Source: Mesotaenium endlicherianum
Taxonomy: Eukaryota
Assembly: GCA_009602735.1 (NCBI GenBank)
Contig: WELA01003449.1
Coordinates: 334,120 to 382,668 of the forward strand
Reading direction: 5' to 3'
DNA length: 48,549 nucleotides
The number at the start of each line of letters is the position of its first letter. Position 1 is the first letter of the stretch. Of this stretch, positions 26,091 through 38,160 are shown in pieces. Below the pieces are notes generated by a model. That model had not been told where the DNA came from and ran no database searches. It saw nothing but the letters and a program-made list of their open reading frames with translations. The position numbers and the translations under genes were made by a program.

Positions 26091-27807
26091 CCCCCCCTTC
26101 CTCTCCTCCCCCCCTCTTCCCATCTCCCCTTGTCATACCACTGTCACTCTCTGGCTCTGTCTACGTCCCTGTGTCTCTTCCCCCCCTTCCTCCGGTCATA
26201 CCTGCCTGCGTCTTAAGCCTTGTCAAGGCCTTGTCAGCCCTTCTCAGCGCTCGGGAATTGCATGTGACGTTTCTCGTCGGCGTGTTTACCATCTCTCGCT
26301 TGCACAGAGAGATTCTTTCGTAGGCAGCGGCCGATCACGCCTTCCCGAGCCAGCCACTCTACTTTCTGTACGGGTCGATACGAAGACCGCCAGACGTGCA
26401 AGCTTCCACATCACAACATCTAGCTGTGTCAAACAAGAGTTTCGAGGGAAGACATCCCGGGTTTGGACAAGGTGCCCTTGGAGTCTAGAAAGCTCAAATT
26501 TGGTGGATAACGTGTATTTATGCTGAACATTCTCTTGCACTATTCTCAGCTTGTCACTCGGTTACGACGATACGAGGATTGTGTGAGGAAGTGGGCCAGG
26601 CTAGAATAGGCTGCTTCCTAAGGCAGTCCCCTCGAGAACCTACCCTTGCCAGCTTGCAGTGTAGGGATGTCCCTTTGGCCATAAATGTTGACGGTGTTTG
26701 GCCATAATGTTGAGCAACTATCATATGGTCAACGTTAACCATCACGTGCAACTTGAGAGTAACCGTGCCTTGAAACATTTTGTGCATTTTTTCATAATAT
26801 TCATTGACAAATAAGGATAAAGATACGGCTCACAAGAAATAAGTCACATGGTGCAACCACATTTTCTTGAATTTTAAAGTCTTTTGACCTTCTATGTTGT
26901 GTTCTTCACTTTCATTTTTATTATCTTCAATAGGTAGGCTTGATTGAAGGTTAATTTTGAGGCTTAGCTGCTCTTACGGTGGTGGCAAGGGTTCGTGAAA
27001 TACTAAACATGCTCAAGAAAGGCCATAAATCACCAAGTTTGTTTTGAGGAAGGTTCCGGATTCATATCCGTACAGAGTTAGTATTTTTCAGCAGTTTTGG
27101 CATTCTGCGAGGCCAATAGTACGTCCTTCTCACCCTGCCTCTCACATGCATGGGCCACTTTGTGCCCTCGATGTTACTCTTGCGTGACCTGGTTTTCGAA
27201 TGCTTTGCGTGCCAAATTTGAAGCTTTTGCGTGCTTTTGACGAGACAGGGCTCTGCCGGAATTTTCGTGGGGAAGAGTGCAATCATTTCAGGACCGTGTA
27301 GGACAGTAGGACGCGGATGCTTCGGAATTAACTGCGCGGAACAGTTCGGGACAGCGCCACTATTTTGCCAAAAGCAGCCGAAGGATTGGACTCTAATACG
27401 AGTTCATGAGCCTTGACCGAGAAGGTCGTCATATGTGGCATGGAGATTATAAAGAGAGCAATAGAGTGCAAAAGAGAGCATTAGAAAGCTATCTTCGCGG
27501 GCCTTGACAAGGCATGCTGATACATGTAGAGACAGCTTCTTTTGCTCAAAAAGCAAGGGCTGCCTGCCTTTCGATGTACACATACTCACACGATGAGGGT
27601 TATGGTATTCCTTTGAAAGCAACAAATTTGGTTTCGTATTAGCCGGGCGATTTTAGCGAGGGTAATTTTAGCATGGCGCTAACCGTACCGTTATAAGTAA
27701 CTATTAGACACTTTCTTCGCATGCCTTTAACGGTAGTCGTTTCCATTGAGAAAGTATATCTTGTTGATTGCACCAGAGGTCTCATGCTTTCTCAATAGGC
27801 TTATGCC

Positions 27808-30800
27808 ATGGAGACGGCAGGGAATAGGCCGTTGGAGCTTCCTGCGCCTCCTCCACATGGCCATGTCACGCCTCCTCCACCTGGCGCGTGGCGGGAGAGC
27901 TGGACTCGAGATGCTCCCCAGCTGCGTACCCTCCGGCAACAAATAGCAGTGCGTTTCCACCCCTGCCAGATGTCACCCCCTAATATCAGTACGGGCATTC
28001 TGCTGCTTCGTAATTCGTTACGTTTCTCACTTGCGGGGAGAGAGAGCTCAACACCGACCTACTAGACCCTTATGCAGCTTCGCCATCCTAGTGCACCTTG
28101 AGGGCGAAGCTTAATCACTACTTCCTGACGCTCCATGTGTCGCAAACCCACACGTGTCGTTTTTTTGGGACAAGCATCCCTGCAGCGGCGGGAGGCTGAG
28201 TGCCCTCCCTTGTGTATGCAGCAGCTGGGCTGAGCCAAGTTTGAAGTGTTGTCGGCCGAGCTTGAGGAGAACTCATCACTCATGCTCGAGGGAGAGCTGG
28301 CGCTGGAGGATGATGGCACTGGAAGATGAGAGGTCTGGCTGTGACGGCCTTGGGGGTCCCTTGCCGGGGTCCTTCCAAAAGCGCATTCCGAGCCTGAGTT
28401 TGAGTTTGAGTTTAAATTTGAGTTTGAGTCTTGCCCGCCCTCCAGCTCCGCCTCGGGCACCGGCGCATCGCCACGTGCCCCGCTGTCGGGGCAGATGCCG
28501 TCCACGCTGCGCCTGCAAATGCCGCGTGGCTGGTTGCCTGTAGCCCACGCCTCTCCCTCAGACGAGCCGCTCAGTCTCCTGCCACGGGCAGTCTTTCACC
28601 GGCTGTCTCTTTACCGAGAGCCATCTGGTTTATTCTGGCCGCCACTTCGGGGAATGGCTCATGCTGGGCTTCGGGTGCGGGTTCGGCGGGTTCAAGGTTC
28701 ATGCCAAGGGACTGAGATGTCTGCGTTCATCAGCGCTCGAAGATGGAAGCAAAGGCAGTGAGGCAGTGAGGCAGCTGAGGTTACTTCTTCCCAAGTCACT
28801 CTGTGGAAGTGAGGGAACAGCACAAGGGAGGCGGGACGGGAGTAGCAGCTTAGCTCTAAGAGCAGGTCTTGGGGGGGGAGGGGGGGGGGAGGGGGTTTGT
28901 GAGTTGCCATAGTTTTACTGAGAGTCTGCCAGGGGGCACCGAAGTCTCTCAGCCCCCCTCTTGGCACTTGCGGTGAAGTTCGCCTGTCCGCCTCCACGAC
29001 AGAGCTCTTGACTTTCAGACGATCCTTTCTGCCAGCCTGGCGGGTGGTTGTGGGGCCAGGGCTCGCAGTGCGGGCCCCCCCATCCTGGAAAGGGGCAGGT
29101 GCCATCTTTTTGGTTATTATATTTAACTTGCTTAATAGCCTCTAGCAACCTTCTGAACAACGATACATTGACTGGCCGGCTGGCCGGCTGGCTGACTGGC
29201 TGACTCACTGGCCTACTGGCTCGCTGACTGACGATCTGTCGATTTGGCTCTGGCCTGGGGGGATTTGGATGTGGGTGGGGTGGGGNNNNNNNNNNNNNNN
29301 NNNNNNNNNNNNNNNNNNNNNNNNNNNNNNNNNNNNNNNNNNNNNNNNNNNNNNNNNNNNNNNNNNNNNNNNNNNNNNNNNNNNNNNNNNNNNNNNNNNN
29401 NNNNNNNNNNNNNNNNNNNNNNNNNNNNNNNNNNNNNNNNNNNNNNNNNNNNNNNNNNNNNNNNNNNNNNNNNNNNNNNNNNNNNNNNNNNNNNNNNNGT
29501 GGGGTGGATGGGGCGGGGTGGGATGGGATGCCGGGGGTTGGCTGGGTGGCGGGGTGGGGGGTGGGGGACACGTGTTGGGTGTGCAGGAGCCGGCGGAGGT
29601 GCAGGTGCAGGTGCTGAGAGTGAACCAGGTGGACGCGTCACGGCTGGACGTGGAGATGACGGGCATGCTGCGCGAGCAGTTCCTGCGCATCTTCTCGCTC
29701 GTCCAGGTGGCGCACTCCCCCCGGGGGCTGCCTGCTGGGAGAGAGGGGAGGGGGGTGGGGCTGGCCTGGGGAGGGTGGGCTTGCCCAAGGGGGCTAGAGG
29801 CTCAAGTTCAGTATTCCGCTGCTAGGGTTCTGTGAAGGGTTTAGAGTCAAGGCAGAGAGAAACGGCAGGCAGAGGCAGGCAAAGGCAGGCAGGCAGGCAG
29901 GCAAGATGCCAGAGAGGGCCGGTTGCGGGCAGGCGTGAGGGAGCGAAAGGGGGAGGGGGGGCGTGAGGGAGGAACAGGATTAGGATTAGGGTTAGGGTTA
30001 GGGCTGGGGGTTGGAGTCTGGGGTGAAGGGCGTGGCGGTGGGGGGTAGGGAGAAACGCTTGCAATTGAACGTGTGGGGGCCACGCTGCGGTGTCCCAGCT
30101 CTCACCAGCAGGCTGGTTGAGCTCGAGTGCATCCTAGCCCTGCCCTGCTAGCGCCCACCTCACGGCAGTGCATTCACTAGACGTGCGCGCACAATGAAGC
30201 TTACACTGTTGCATATATACGTGCATGGATAGTAATACCTGTAATGCGTACATGCACAAACATATACGTGTACACACACACACACACGCGTGCACAACAT
30301 GTATATATATGTGTGTCGTGTGTGTATTAGTGTGTGCGCGTGTGAGTATATGTAGATCGTACGCACGTCCAGACATGCGCGTGTATGCGTACATGCATGC
30401 ATGGCATGCGTGCATGCCCCCGACACGTGTGCATGCCCCCGAGTGTGTTTTGAGATTGGAGGAGGGGGTTGAAGTGGAGGGACACATGGCACGGTCTGTT
30501 GTCTGACGGGGAGCTCTTCTGCTGACCGAGATTTGCGGGCAGCCGGGGCTGCTCTCGGAGTACGAGACGGAGCTCAACGCCGTCCTGGAGCTGCTGATCT
30601 GGCGCTTCTCCATATGGCTCGACCGCCCGACACCTGGCAACGCGCTCATGAACCTGCGCTACCGCGACGAGCGCGCGTACCGCCACCTGGCGCGCGCCGG
30701 GAAAGGTGGGTGCGCTGGCAGCGCCTCCTCGGGGCGTCAAATTCCGAGTCGCAATTGCGGGGTGGGGTTCAGACTGGAGGGTTTTGAATGTATTTTGGGA

Positions 30801-31079
30801 CCCGGCTCTGAGCTCCTTCTGTGTCGCTCTGCCCCTTCTGCCGACAACCTCTGCAGATGCCCTCCCGGGTGCTCACTAGGGCAAGCACACGCCCCCACCT
30901 GTCGCCCAGTCCCACCCTCTGGTCTGCAGCTTCTTGTGCTTGCTTCTCAAGGGGAGAGGGAGCTGGGAGGGGGAGACGGGGGGGTGGGAGGGGGGGGGGC
31001 GGGCTCGGCCACAGTGATGGGTTTTCTTGTGCAGGCAAGGCGTACAGACATCTTCAGGGCTCTAATGATGTAGGCTCTA

Positions 31080-31122
<43 letters not shown>

Positions 31123-33497
31123 AGGCTAAGGGCGCCCTCAAAGTTGAAGGGTTTAGGGTTTTGGGCCTACGGGCTCCGGATCAGGCTTTGGCTCCGGGGC
31201 CGAGGGTGCTCTCTAGGCTCGGGCTAGGCTCGGGCTAGGCTCGGGCTAAGCTCCTCCACGCCTCAGCTTCGGCCGCCGCGGCTGCACTCGTGCTGGGTGC
31301 GTGTGTGTGACACACCGGGCGGCGTCAGGGGTTCGTGTTGAGAACCTCAGGCTTCAGGGGTAGGGTTTTGAGCGCAGGGTTGAGGGTTTAGGGTGGGGGG
31401 TCTAGCAATCTGGGTGCTCCCCTCCCTTTGAGCTCTACCCGTCTGCGGCTGCTTCTGCCTGCTCTTCCTGCGAGCCCTCTGAGGCGAGAAGGGAGCGCGG
31501 GACCACCGAGACAAGCGAGCGCAGGATCTCTGAGGCAGGCGGCACCGGCGGGCGGCGGAACGGGCGGCCCGCCCACTGCTCTGAAAGTGTCCTGCGCGCG
31601 ATATTCTCCTGTCCTGGCATCTCCCGCTCCTCCTCCTCCTTCTTCTTGAGTAGACGGCGGGCCGCGCGGCCAATGAAGCTCCTGCTGCTTGGGATCAGAC
31701 GCTGTTGGGCTGACACCTCTCCCGGGCCCGAAGTGGTCCTTGAGTTTTTATTTCTTAAGTTTTAAGTTTTAGGACCTGAGAAGCGGAGGTTGCTGATAGT
31801 GCTGGACAAGTGTCTTCTGGCGGTGGCTGCAGTGAGAACGGGGCTCGAGGGCCCGGGGCTGACAGCGACGCAGAAGATCCTCTACTGCCTGCTGACGGTG
31901 GGGGTGCGCTATGCGACGACACGTGTCAGCATGATGTCGGCGTTCCAGCGGTGGGGGGACCGCAACCGGGTACGCTGTGCGCGCTCTTTGACCTCCTGAG
32001 GTTTTCAACCAGGAAGGGGGGGGGGGAAAGAGTATCCTGCATTCTCTCTGTTGGAACGTCGCAGCGGCGTGTATGCTTGATTGCGTGTGCCATGTGGCGG
32101 GAAGTGAAGCCAAGGAACACGCAAGGAGGTTTTGGGTTGTGGCGTTCTTTGAGAGAGGGCAACAACGAGGGAGAGGATGTACCCCACGAAGAGGAGGGAG
32201 AGGAGGGAGAGGGGGAGGAGGAGGAGGAGGAGGAGGAGGAGGAGGAGGAGGAGGAGGAGGAGGAGGAGGAGGANGAGAAACGGCAGGCAGAGGCAGGCAA
32301 AGGCAGGCAGGCAGGCAGGCAAGATGCCAGAGAGGGCCGGTTGCGGGCAGGCGTGAGGGAGCGAAAGGGGGAGGGGGGGCGTGAGGGAGGAACAGGATTA
32401 GGATTAGGGTTAGGGTTAGGGCTGGGGGTTGGAGTCTGGGGTGAAGGGCGTGGCGGTGGGGGGTAGGGAGAAACGCTTGCAATTGAACGTGTGGGGGCCA
32501 CGCTGCGGTGTCCCAGCTCTCACCAGCAGGCTGGTTGAGCTCGAGTGCATCCTAGCCCTGCCCTGCTAGCGCCCACCTCACGGCAGTGCATTCACTAGAC
32601 GTGCGCGCACAATGAAGCTTACACTGTTGCATATATACGTGCATGGATAGTAATACCTGTAATGCGTACATGCACAAACATATACGTGTACACACACACA
32701 CACACGCGTGCACAACATGTATATATATGTGTGTCGTGTGTGTATTAGTGTGTGCGCGTGTGAGTATATGTAGATCGTACGCACGTCCAGACATGCGCGT
32801 GTATGCGTACATGCATGCATGGCATGCGTGCATGCCCCCGACACGTGTGCATGCCCCCGAGTGTGTTTTGAGATTGGAGGAGGGGGTTGAAGTGGAGGGA
32901 CACATGGCACGGTCTGTTGTCTGACGGGGAGCTCTTCTGCTGACCGAGATTTGCGGGCAGCCGGGGCTGCTCTCGGAGTACGAGACGGAGCTCAACGCCG
33001 TCCTGGAGCTGCTGATCTGGCGCTTCTCCATATGGCTCGACCGCCCGACACCTGGCAACGCGCTCATGAACCTGCGCTACCGCGACGAGCGCGCGTACCG
33101 CCACCTGGCGCGCGCCGGGAAAGGTGGGTGCGCTGGCAGCGCCTCCTCGGGGCGTCAAATTCCGAGTCGCAATTGCGGGGTGGGGTTCAGACTGGAGGGT
33201 TTTGAATGTATTTTGGGACCCGGCTCTGAGCTCCTTCTGTGTCGCTCTGCCCCTTCTGCCGACAACCTCTGCAGATGCCCTCCCGGGTGCTCACTAGGGC
33301 AAGCACACGCCCCCACCTGTCGCCCAGTCCCACCCTCTGGTCTGCAGCTTCTTGTGCTTGCTTCTCAAGGGGAGAGGGAGCTGGGAGGGGGAGACGGGGG
33401 GGTGGGAGGGGGGGGGGCGGGCTCGGCCACAGTGATGGGTTTTCTTGTGCAGGCAAGGCGTACAGACATCTTCAGGGCTCTAATGATGTAGGCTCTA

Positions 33498-33540
<43 letters not shown>

Positions 33541-36500
33541 AGGCTAAGGGCGCCCTCAAAGTTGAAGGGTTTAGGGTTTTGGGCCTACGGGCTCCGGATC
33601 AGGCTTTGGCTCCGGGGCCGAGGGTGCTCTCTAGGCTCGGGCTAGGCTCGGGCTAGGCTCGGGCTAAGCTCCTCCACGCCTCAGCTTCGGCCGCCGCGGC
33701 TGCACTCGTGCTGGGTGCGTGTGTGTGACACACCGGGCGGCGTCAGGGGTTCGTGTTGAGAACCTCAGGCTTCAGGGGTAGGGTTTTGAGCGCAGGGTTG
33801 AGGGTTTAGGGTGGGGGGTCTAGCAATCTGGGTGCTCCCCTCCCTTTGAGCTCTACCCGTCTGCGGCTGCTTCTGCCTGCTCTTCCTGCGAGCCCTCTGA
33901 GGCGAGAAGGGAGCGCGGGACCACCGAGACAAGCGAGCGCAGGATCTCTGAGGCAGGCGGCACCGGCGGGCGGCGGAACGGGCGGCCCGCCCACTGCTCT
34001 GAAAGTGTCCTGCGCGCGATATTCTCCTGTCCTGGCATCTCCCGCTCCTCCTCCTCCTTCTTCTTGAGTAGACGGCGGGCCGCGCGGCCAATGAAGCTCC
34101 TGCTGCTTGGGATCAGACGCTGTTGGGCTGACACCTCTCCCGGGCCCGAAGTGGTCCTTGAGTTTTTATTTCTTAAGTTTTAAGTTTTAGGACCTGAGAA
34201 GCGGAGGTTGCTGATAGTGCTGGACAAGTGTCTTCTGGCGGTGGCTGCAGTGAGAACGGGGCTCGAGGGCCCGGGGCTGACAGCGACGCAGAAGATCCTC
34301 TACTGCCTGCTGACGGTGGGGGTGCGCTATGCGACGACACGTGTCAGCATGATGTCGGCGTTCCAGCGGTGGGGGGACCGCAACCGGGTACGCTGTGCGC
34401 GCTCTTTGACCTCCTGAGGTTTTCAACCAGGAAGGGGGGGGGGGAAAGAGTATCCTGCATTCTCTCTGTTGGAACGTCGCAGCGGCGTGTATGCTTGATT
34501 GCGTGTGCCATGTGGCGGGAAGTGAAGCCAAGGAACACGCAAGGAGGTTTTGGGTTGTGGCGTTCTTTGAGAGAGGGCAACAACGAGGGAGAGGATGTAC
34601 CCCACGAAGAGGAGGGAGAGGAGGGAGAGGGGGAGGAGGAGGAGGAGGAGGAGGAGGAGGAGGAGGAGGAGGAGGAGGAGGAGGAGGAGGAAGGGGGAGG
34701 AGAGCAGGAGGGGGTGAGAGAGGACCTTGAAAGGCTGCGTGGCGTGTACGTGATCGTGTGAGGAGATCGGCAGACAAGCAGGCGAGGGCCTCCAGAACAT
34801 CCGCTCTTTCAGAAACCGAGTGTCAGACAGCTGTGCGGCAGCCACGGTGCGCAAGGATCATCAGCTCTCTGGTCATGCCATGTGGCAACTCCCGGGCCGT
34901 ACACCGCGCCTGCATGCCAGCAGCTGGCCGCCTGGGGCTCCTGCTTCTGCCAGCCTGCCGGAGTAGCGCTCGTCCGTACCAGTTCTCGGCTGGGGGCAAG
35001 CGCATCTCGCCACGTGGCGGAACAGCAAGTAGGAGCGGGGGGGCAGGGTGGGGAGGGGCGGGGTGCGGCGAGAAGTCGTGTGTGCGTCGGTCGGGCCGGC
35101 GTCAGACGTTTTGGTGTCAGCCGCGAGGGGAAATGTGGGGGATGCCTCGCCTGCATTGGAGCATGAGCCTGTGCTCTGCGCTGCCATCTCAACTCTTAAT
35201 CCTTGAGGCCAGAACCCAAACCCTTAACTTAGAAACTTCAAACCTTGAACCAGAAACTTCAAACCCTAATCCCTAAATGCTAGGACGCCGTTGCTCTGAG
35301 CCTGGGCCTCTGGATCCGTCTCTGCGGCAGCTCCGCTCCGATCGTGCAGGATTGGATCGGCCGCGCAGCTCTGGGGGCTGATTCGTGCGAGAGAGAACGG
35401 GTGCAATTTCGGGCAAAAAGACCGAGATTGCGCCGGAAACTCCCCGCTGGCAGGCCCTTAGCAGGACTCAGCCGGGCCCGGCCTCGCAAAGCCCCGAAGC
35501 GCAGCCGGCTGATGCGAGTGGCGGCAGCGCAGCGGGCCTTCGTCTTTTTGAGGGGCAGGGCGCGACGGCACACGCATGCAAAGGGCTCGTGGCCTCCTAA
35601 ACTTAATAATGCCGCAAGCCCCACCCCCGCCCCGCCCCTCGCCCCGCCTCGCGCCNNNNNNNNNNNNNNNNNNNNNNNNNNNNNNNNNNNNNNNNNNNNN
35701 NNNNNNNNNNNNNNNNNNNNNNNNNNNNNNNNNNNNNNNNNNNNNNNNNNNNNNNNNNNNNNNNNNNNNNNNNNNNNNNNNNNNNNNNNNNNNNNNNNNN
35801 NNNNNNNNNNNNNNNNNNNNNNNNNNNNNNNNNNNNNNNNNNNNNNNNNNNNNNNNNNNNNNNNNNNNNNNNNNNNNNNNNNNNNNNNNNNNNNNNNNNN
35901 NNNNNNNNNNNNNNNNNNNNNNNNNNNNNNNNNNNNNNNNNNNNNNNNNNNNNNNNNNNNNNNNNNNNNNNNNNNNNNNNNNNNNNNNNNNNNNNNNNNN
36001 NNNNNNNNNNNNNNNNNNNNNNNNNNNNNNNNNNNNNNNNNNNNNNNNNNNNNNNNNNNNNNNNNNNNNNNNNNNNNNNNNNNNNNNNNNNNNNNNNNNN
36101 NNNNNNNNNNNNNNNNNNNNNNNNNNNNNNNNNNNNNNNNNNNNNNNNNNNNNNNNNNNNNNCCTTTACCCCGGCCCCCTCTACCCTCTCTCTCTCTCCC
36201 TCTCTTTTCCCTCCCTCCAGCTCGCCCACCTGCGCCCCCGTCCAAGCCACGCACTCGCTCCCCTCCTCCTCTCGTCCTCCTCCACTCCCTCTCCCTCCCC
36301 GTGCTCTTCCCGTCTTCTTCTTCTTCTTCTTCCTCTTCTTCTCATTCTTCTTCCCTCTTCTCCTCCTCCTTCTTCGCCTTCCCCTTCTTCTTCTCCTGCT
36401 TCTCTCCTTCTTCCTCTTCCTCGTCCACTTGTTCTTCTTCCACTACTAGTACTACTACGAAAGGTACTGCATTTTCTTATCAGCATAAGGAGCGTGGCAG

Positions 36501-38160
36501 CGGCGACCCAGGGGGGATGCAACCTGCAGGCCTCTTGGCACCAGAGCTGGGGTCAGGCGAGGAAGGAAAGCAGGAGGGAGCTAAGCCGACAAGTGAGCAA
36601 GGGTGTGCGTGTCTGTCTATGTGCCTTTGCTGCTGAGCTGCAGGCAGGCGGGCCTCCCGGGCCCTCCTCCCCGCGTGCCTGCCAAGTGGCAAGCTACCCG
36701 CGTCCCTTTCACAGACTGCCACTAATCAGCGCACTGGCTGCGTGCCTGCCTGGCTGCCTTTGGTGTTGGGACGGGGAAGGGGGGGGGGGAGGGGAGGGTG
36801 TTTGCAGGTATAAGAGCGTGGTGGAGCGAGCGCTGAGCGCCCGGCTGGTGTACGAGCGCCCCACCATGAGCCGCGCCGTGTCGTTCGAGTACATGAACCG
36901 CCAGCTCGTCTGGAATGAGTTCTCCGTGAGCCCTCTCTTCTCCAGCCCTGGCCCCGTTTTTTTTTTGATGTGGCTTAGAGTTGCATGCTGATGCTTGCTT
37001 GACTTTGGCTTCTGGCCCTGACTTCTGGCCCTGACTCTATACGCATGCTTCAGGTGCGAATGTAAACTAAGAGGGCTGCTCATTTAGCTGGGAAGTTGGC
37101 GGCCCTCCTCCTCCCCTTTCCCCTCTCTCCTCGATCCGCTTCTTACTCCCCTCTCCTCTTTCCTCTCCTCTATCTCTCCCCCTCTCGCCTCTCACCCCAC
37201 TCCTGTCTCCTCTCTCTGCAGTTTGCTTGCTCCCTGTCTCTTGCGCACCCAGCTGTGGCCAGCTCTTCTGGGCGAGTGCGCGGACTCAGTTCCACGTACA
37301 TCTCTCGTCTCGGCGCTGCCCAAGCGCCCTCTTTCCGACCGATCACCGACCGGTGAACAACAGCGAGAAGAGGGATGGCTAAGAGCATTTGCACCCTCCT
37401 TGTATCAACAGCGCGGGATTCTCTGCTCCCCAATTGTAGCACAAGCACAAATGGCAACTCGCTCTTGACCCTCATTCTCCCGACAGCAGAGCAGGCCTCT
37501 TCTAGCTTCCAGCGTTTGGCCGAGCAAGCAAGCAAGCGAGCGAGCAAACCACCACGAGCCTGCGGCCTGCTTGAGCTCCCTCCTCTTTGTGCCAGCGCTC
37601 CTTCCGTTCCTGCTGGGAATCCCAGCGGTCAACTTCTCATCGGGTTGTTAAAGCACTGTTAGGAAGTGTGGGATTTGTGGCGCCCACGGACCTGTGGCAC
37701 GTGAGCCAAATCTGGGCTGTGTTGAAATTCCCACGTGGAGGATTCCTCGATTCGGCTCGCTGCCCGCGCTGATGCATGCATGTATCTGATGCATGCACGT
37801 ATTTGTCTCTCTGTCTGTGCATACCCGCAGGAGCTGCTGCTGCTGGTGCTGCCGCTGCTCAACCTGGGGTCGATCCGGAGAGCCATTCTCTCCCCCTTCT
37901 CCTCCTCCTCCTCCTCCTCCTCGGCCGCCTCCGCAGCGGCAGCGTCGGCCGACGACGCGTGCCCCATCTGCCAGGCGCGGCCTGTAAATACGCCCTACGT
38001 GGCATCGCCATGCGCGCACACCTTCTGCTACTACTGCATCCGCACGAGGTCGCTCGCCGACCCCGCGTACAAGTGCCCCGCGTGCAACGCGCAGGTGGTG
38101 GCCATCCGCAGGCACCACCCCGTGCAGGAGCTCAAGAGACCGGGAGGACAGCCCAAGTGA
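27808..38160 (+). CDS. PEX2: Peroxisome biogenesis protein 2 (RING-finger peroxin, Pex2/Pex12 N-terminal domain plus C3HC4 RING)
   Basis: Exons 27808-27948, 29587-29706, 30543-30705, 31833-31969 (the last two repeated at 32961-33123 and 34251-34387), one missing exon (probably in gap 35656-36162), 36808-36925 and 37831-38160. Motifs RVNQVDASRLDVEM, LIWRFSIWLDRPTPGNALMNLRYRDER, VRTGLEGPGLT, RAVSFEYMNRQLVWNEFSELLL and the RING CPICQ...CAHTFCYYC...CPAC are present. Confidence 0.92.
29857..34691 (+). repeat. Direct tandem duplication of ~2417 bp (29857-32273 and 32275-34691) separated by a single N
   Basis: The two copies look identical by eye, and the ORF track gives identical translations at a 2418 offset. 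Each copy ends at the end of a (GAG)n run, and the junction is the lone N at 32274. Confidence 0.95.

Noticed and set aside
34720..34761. EDLERLRGVYVIV as the missing PEX2 exon
   Set aside because: It ends in a stop codon, lacks the expected FLxxGR end and has no suitable splice sites.
1059..36991. Long ORFs in the track that run through X stretches (e.g. 4884-6509, 24879-25919, 35576-36991)
   Set aside because: They are open only because N gaps and simple repeats contain no stop codons.
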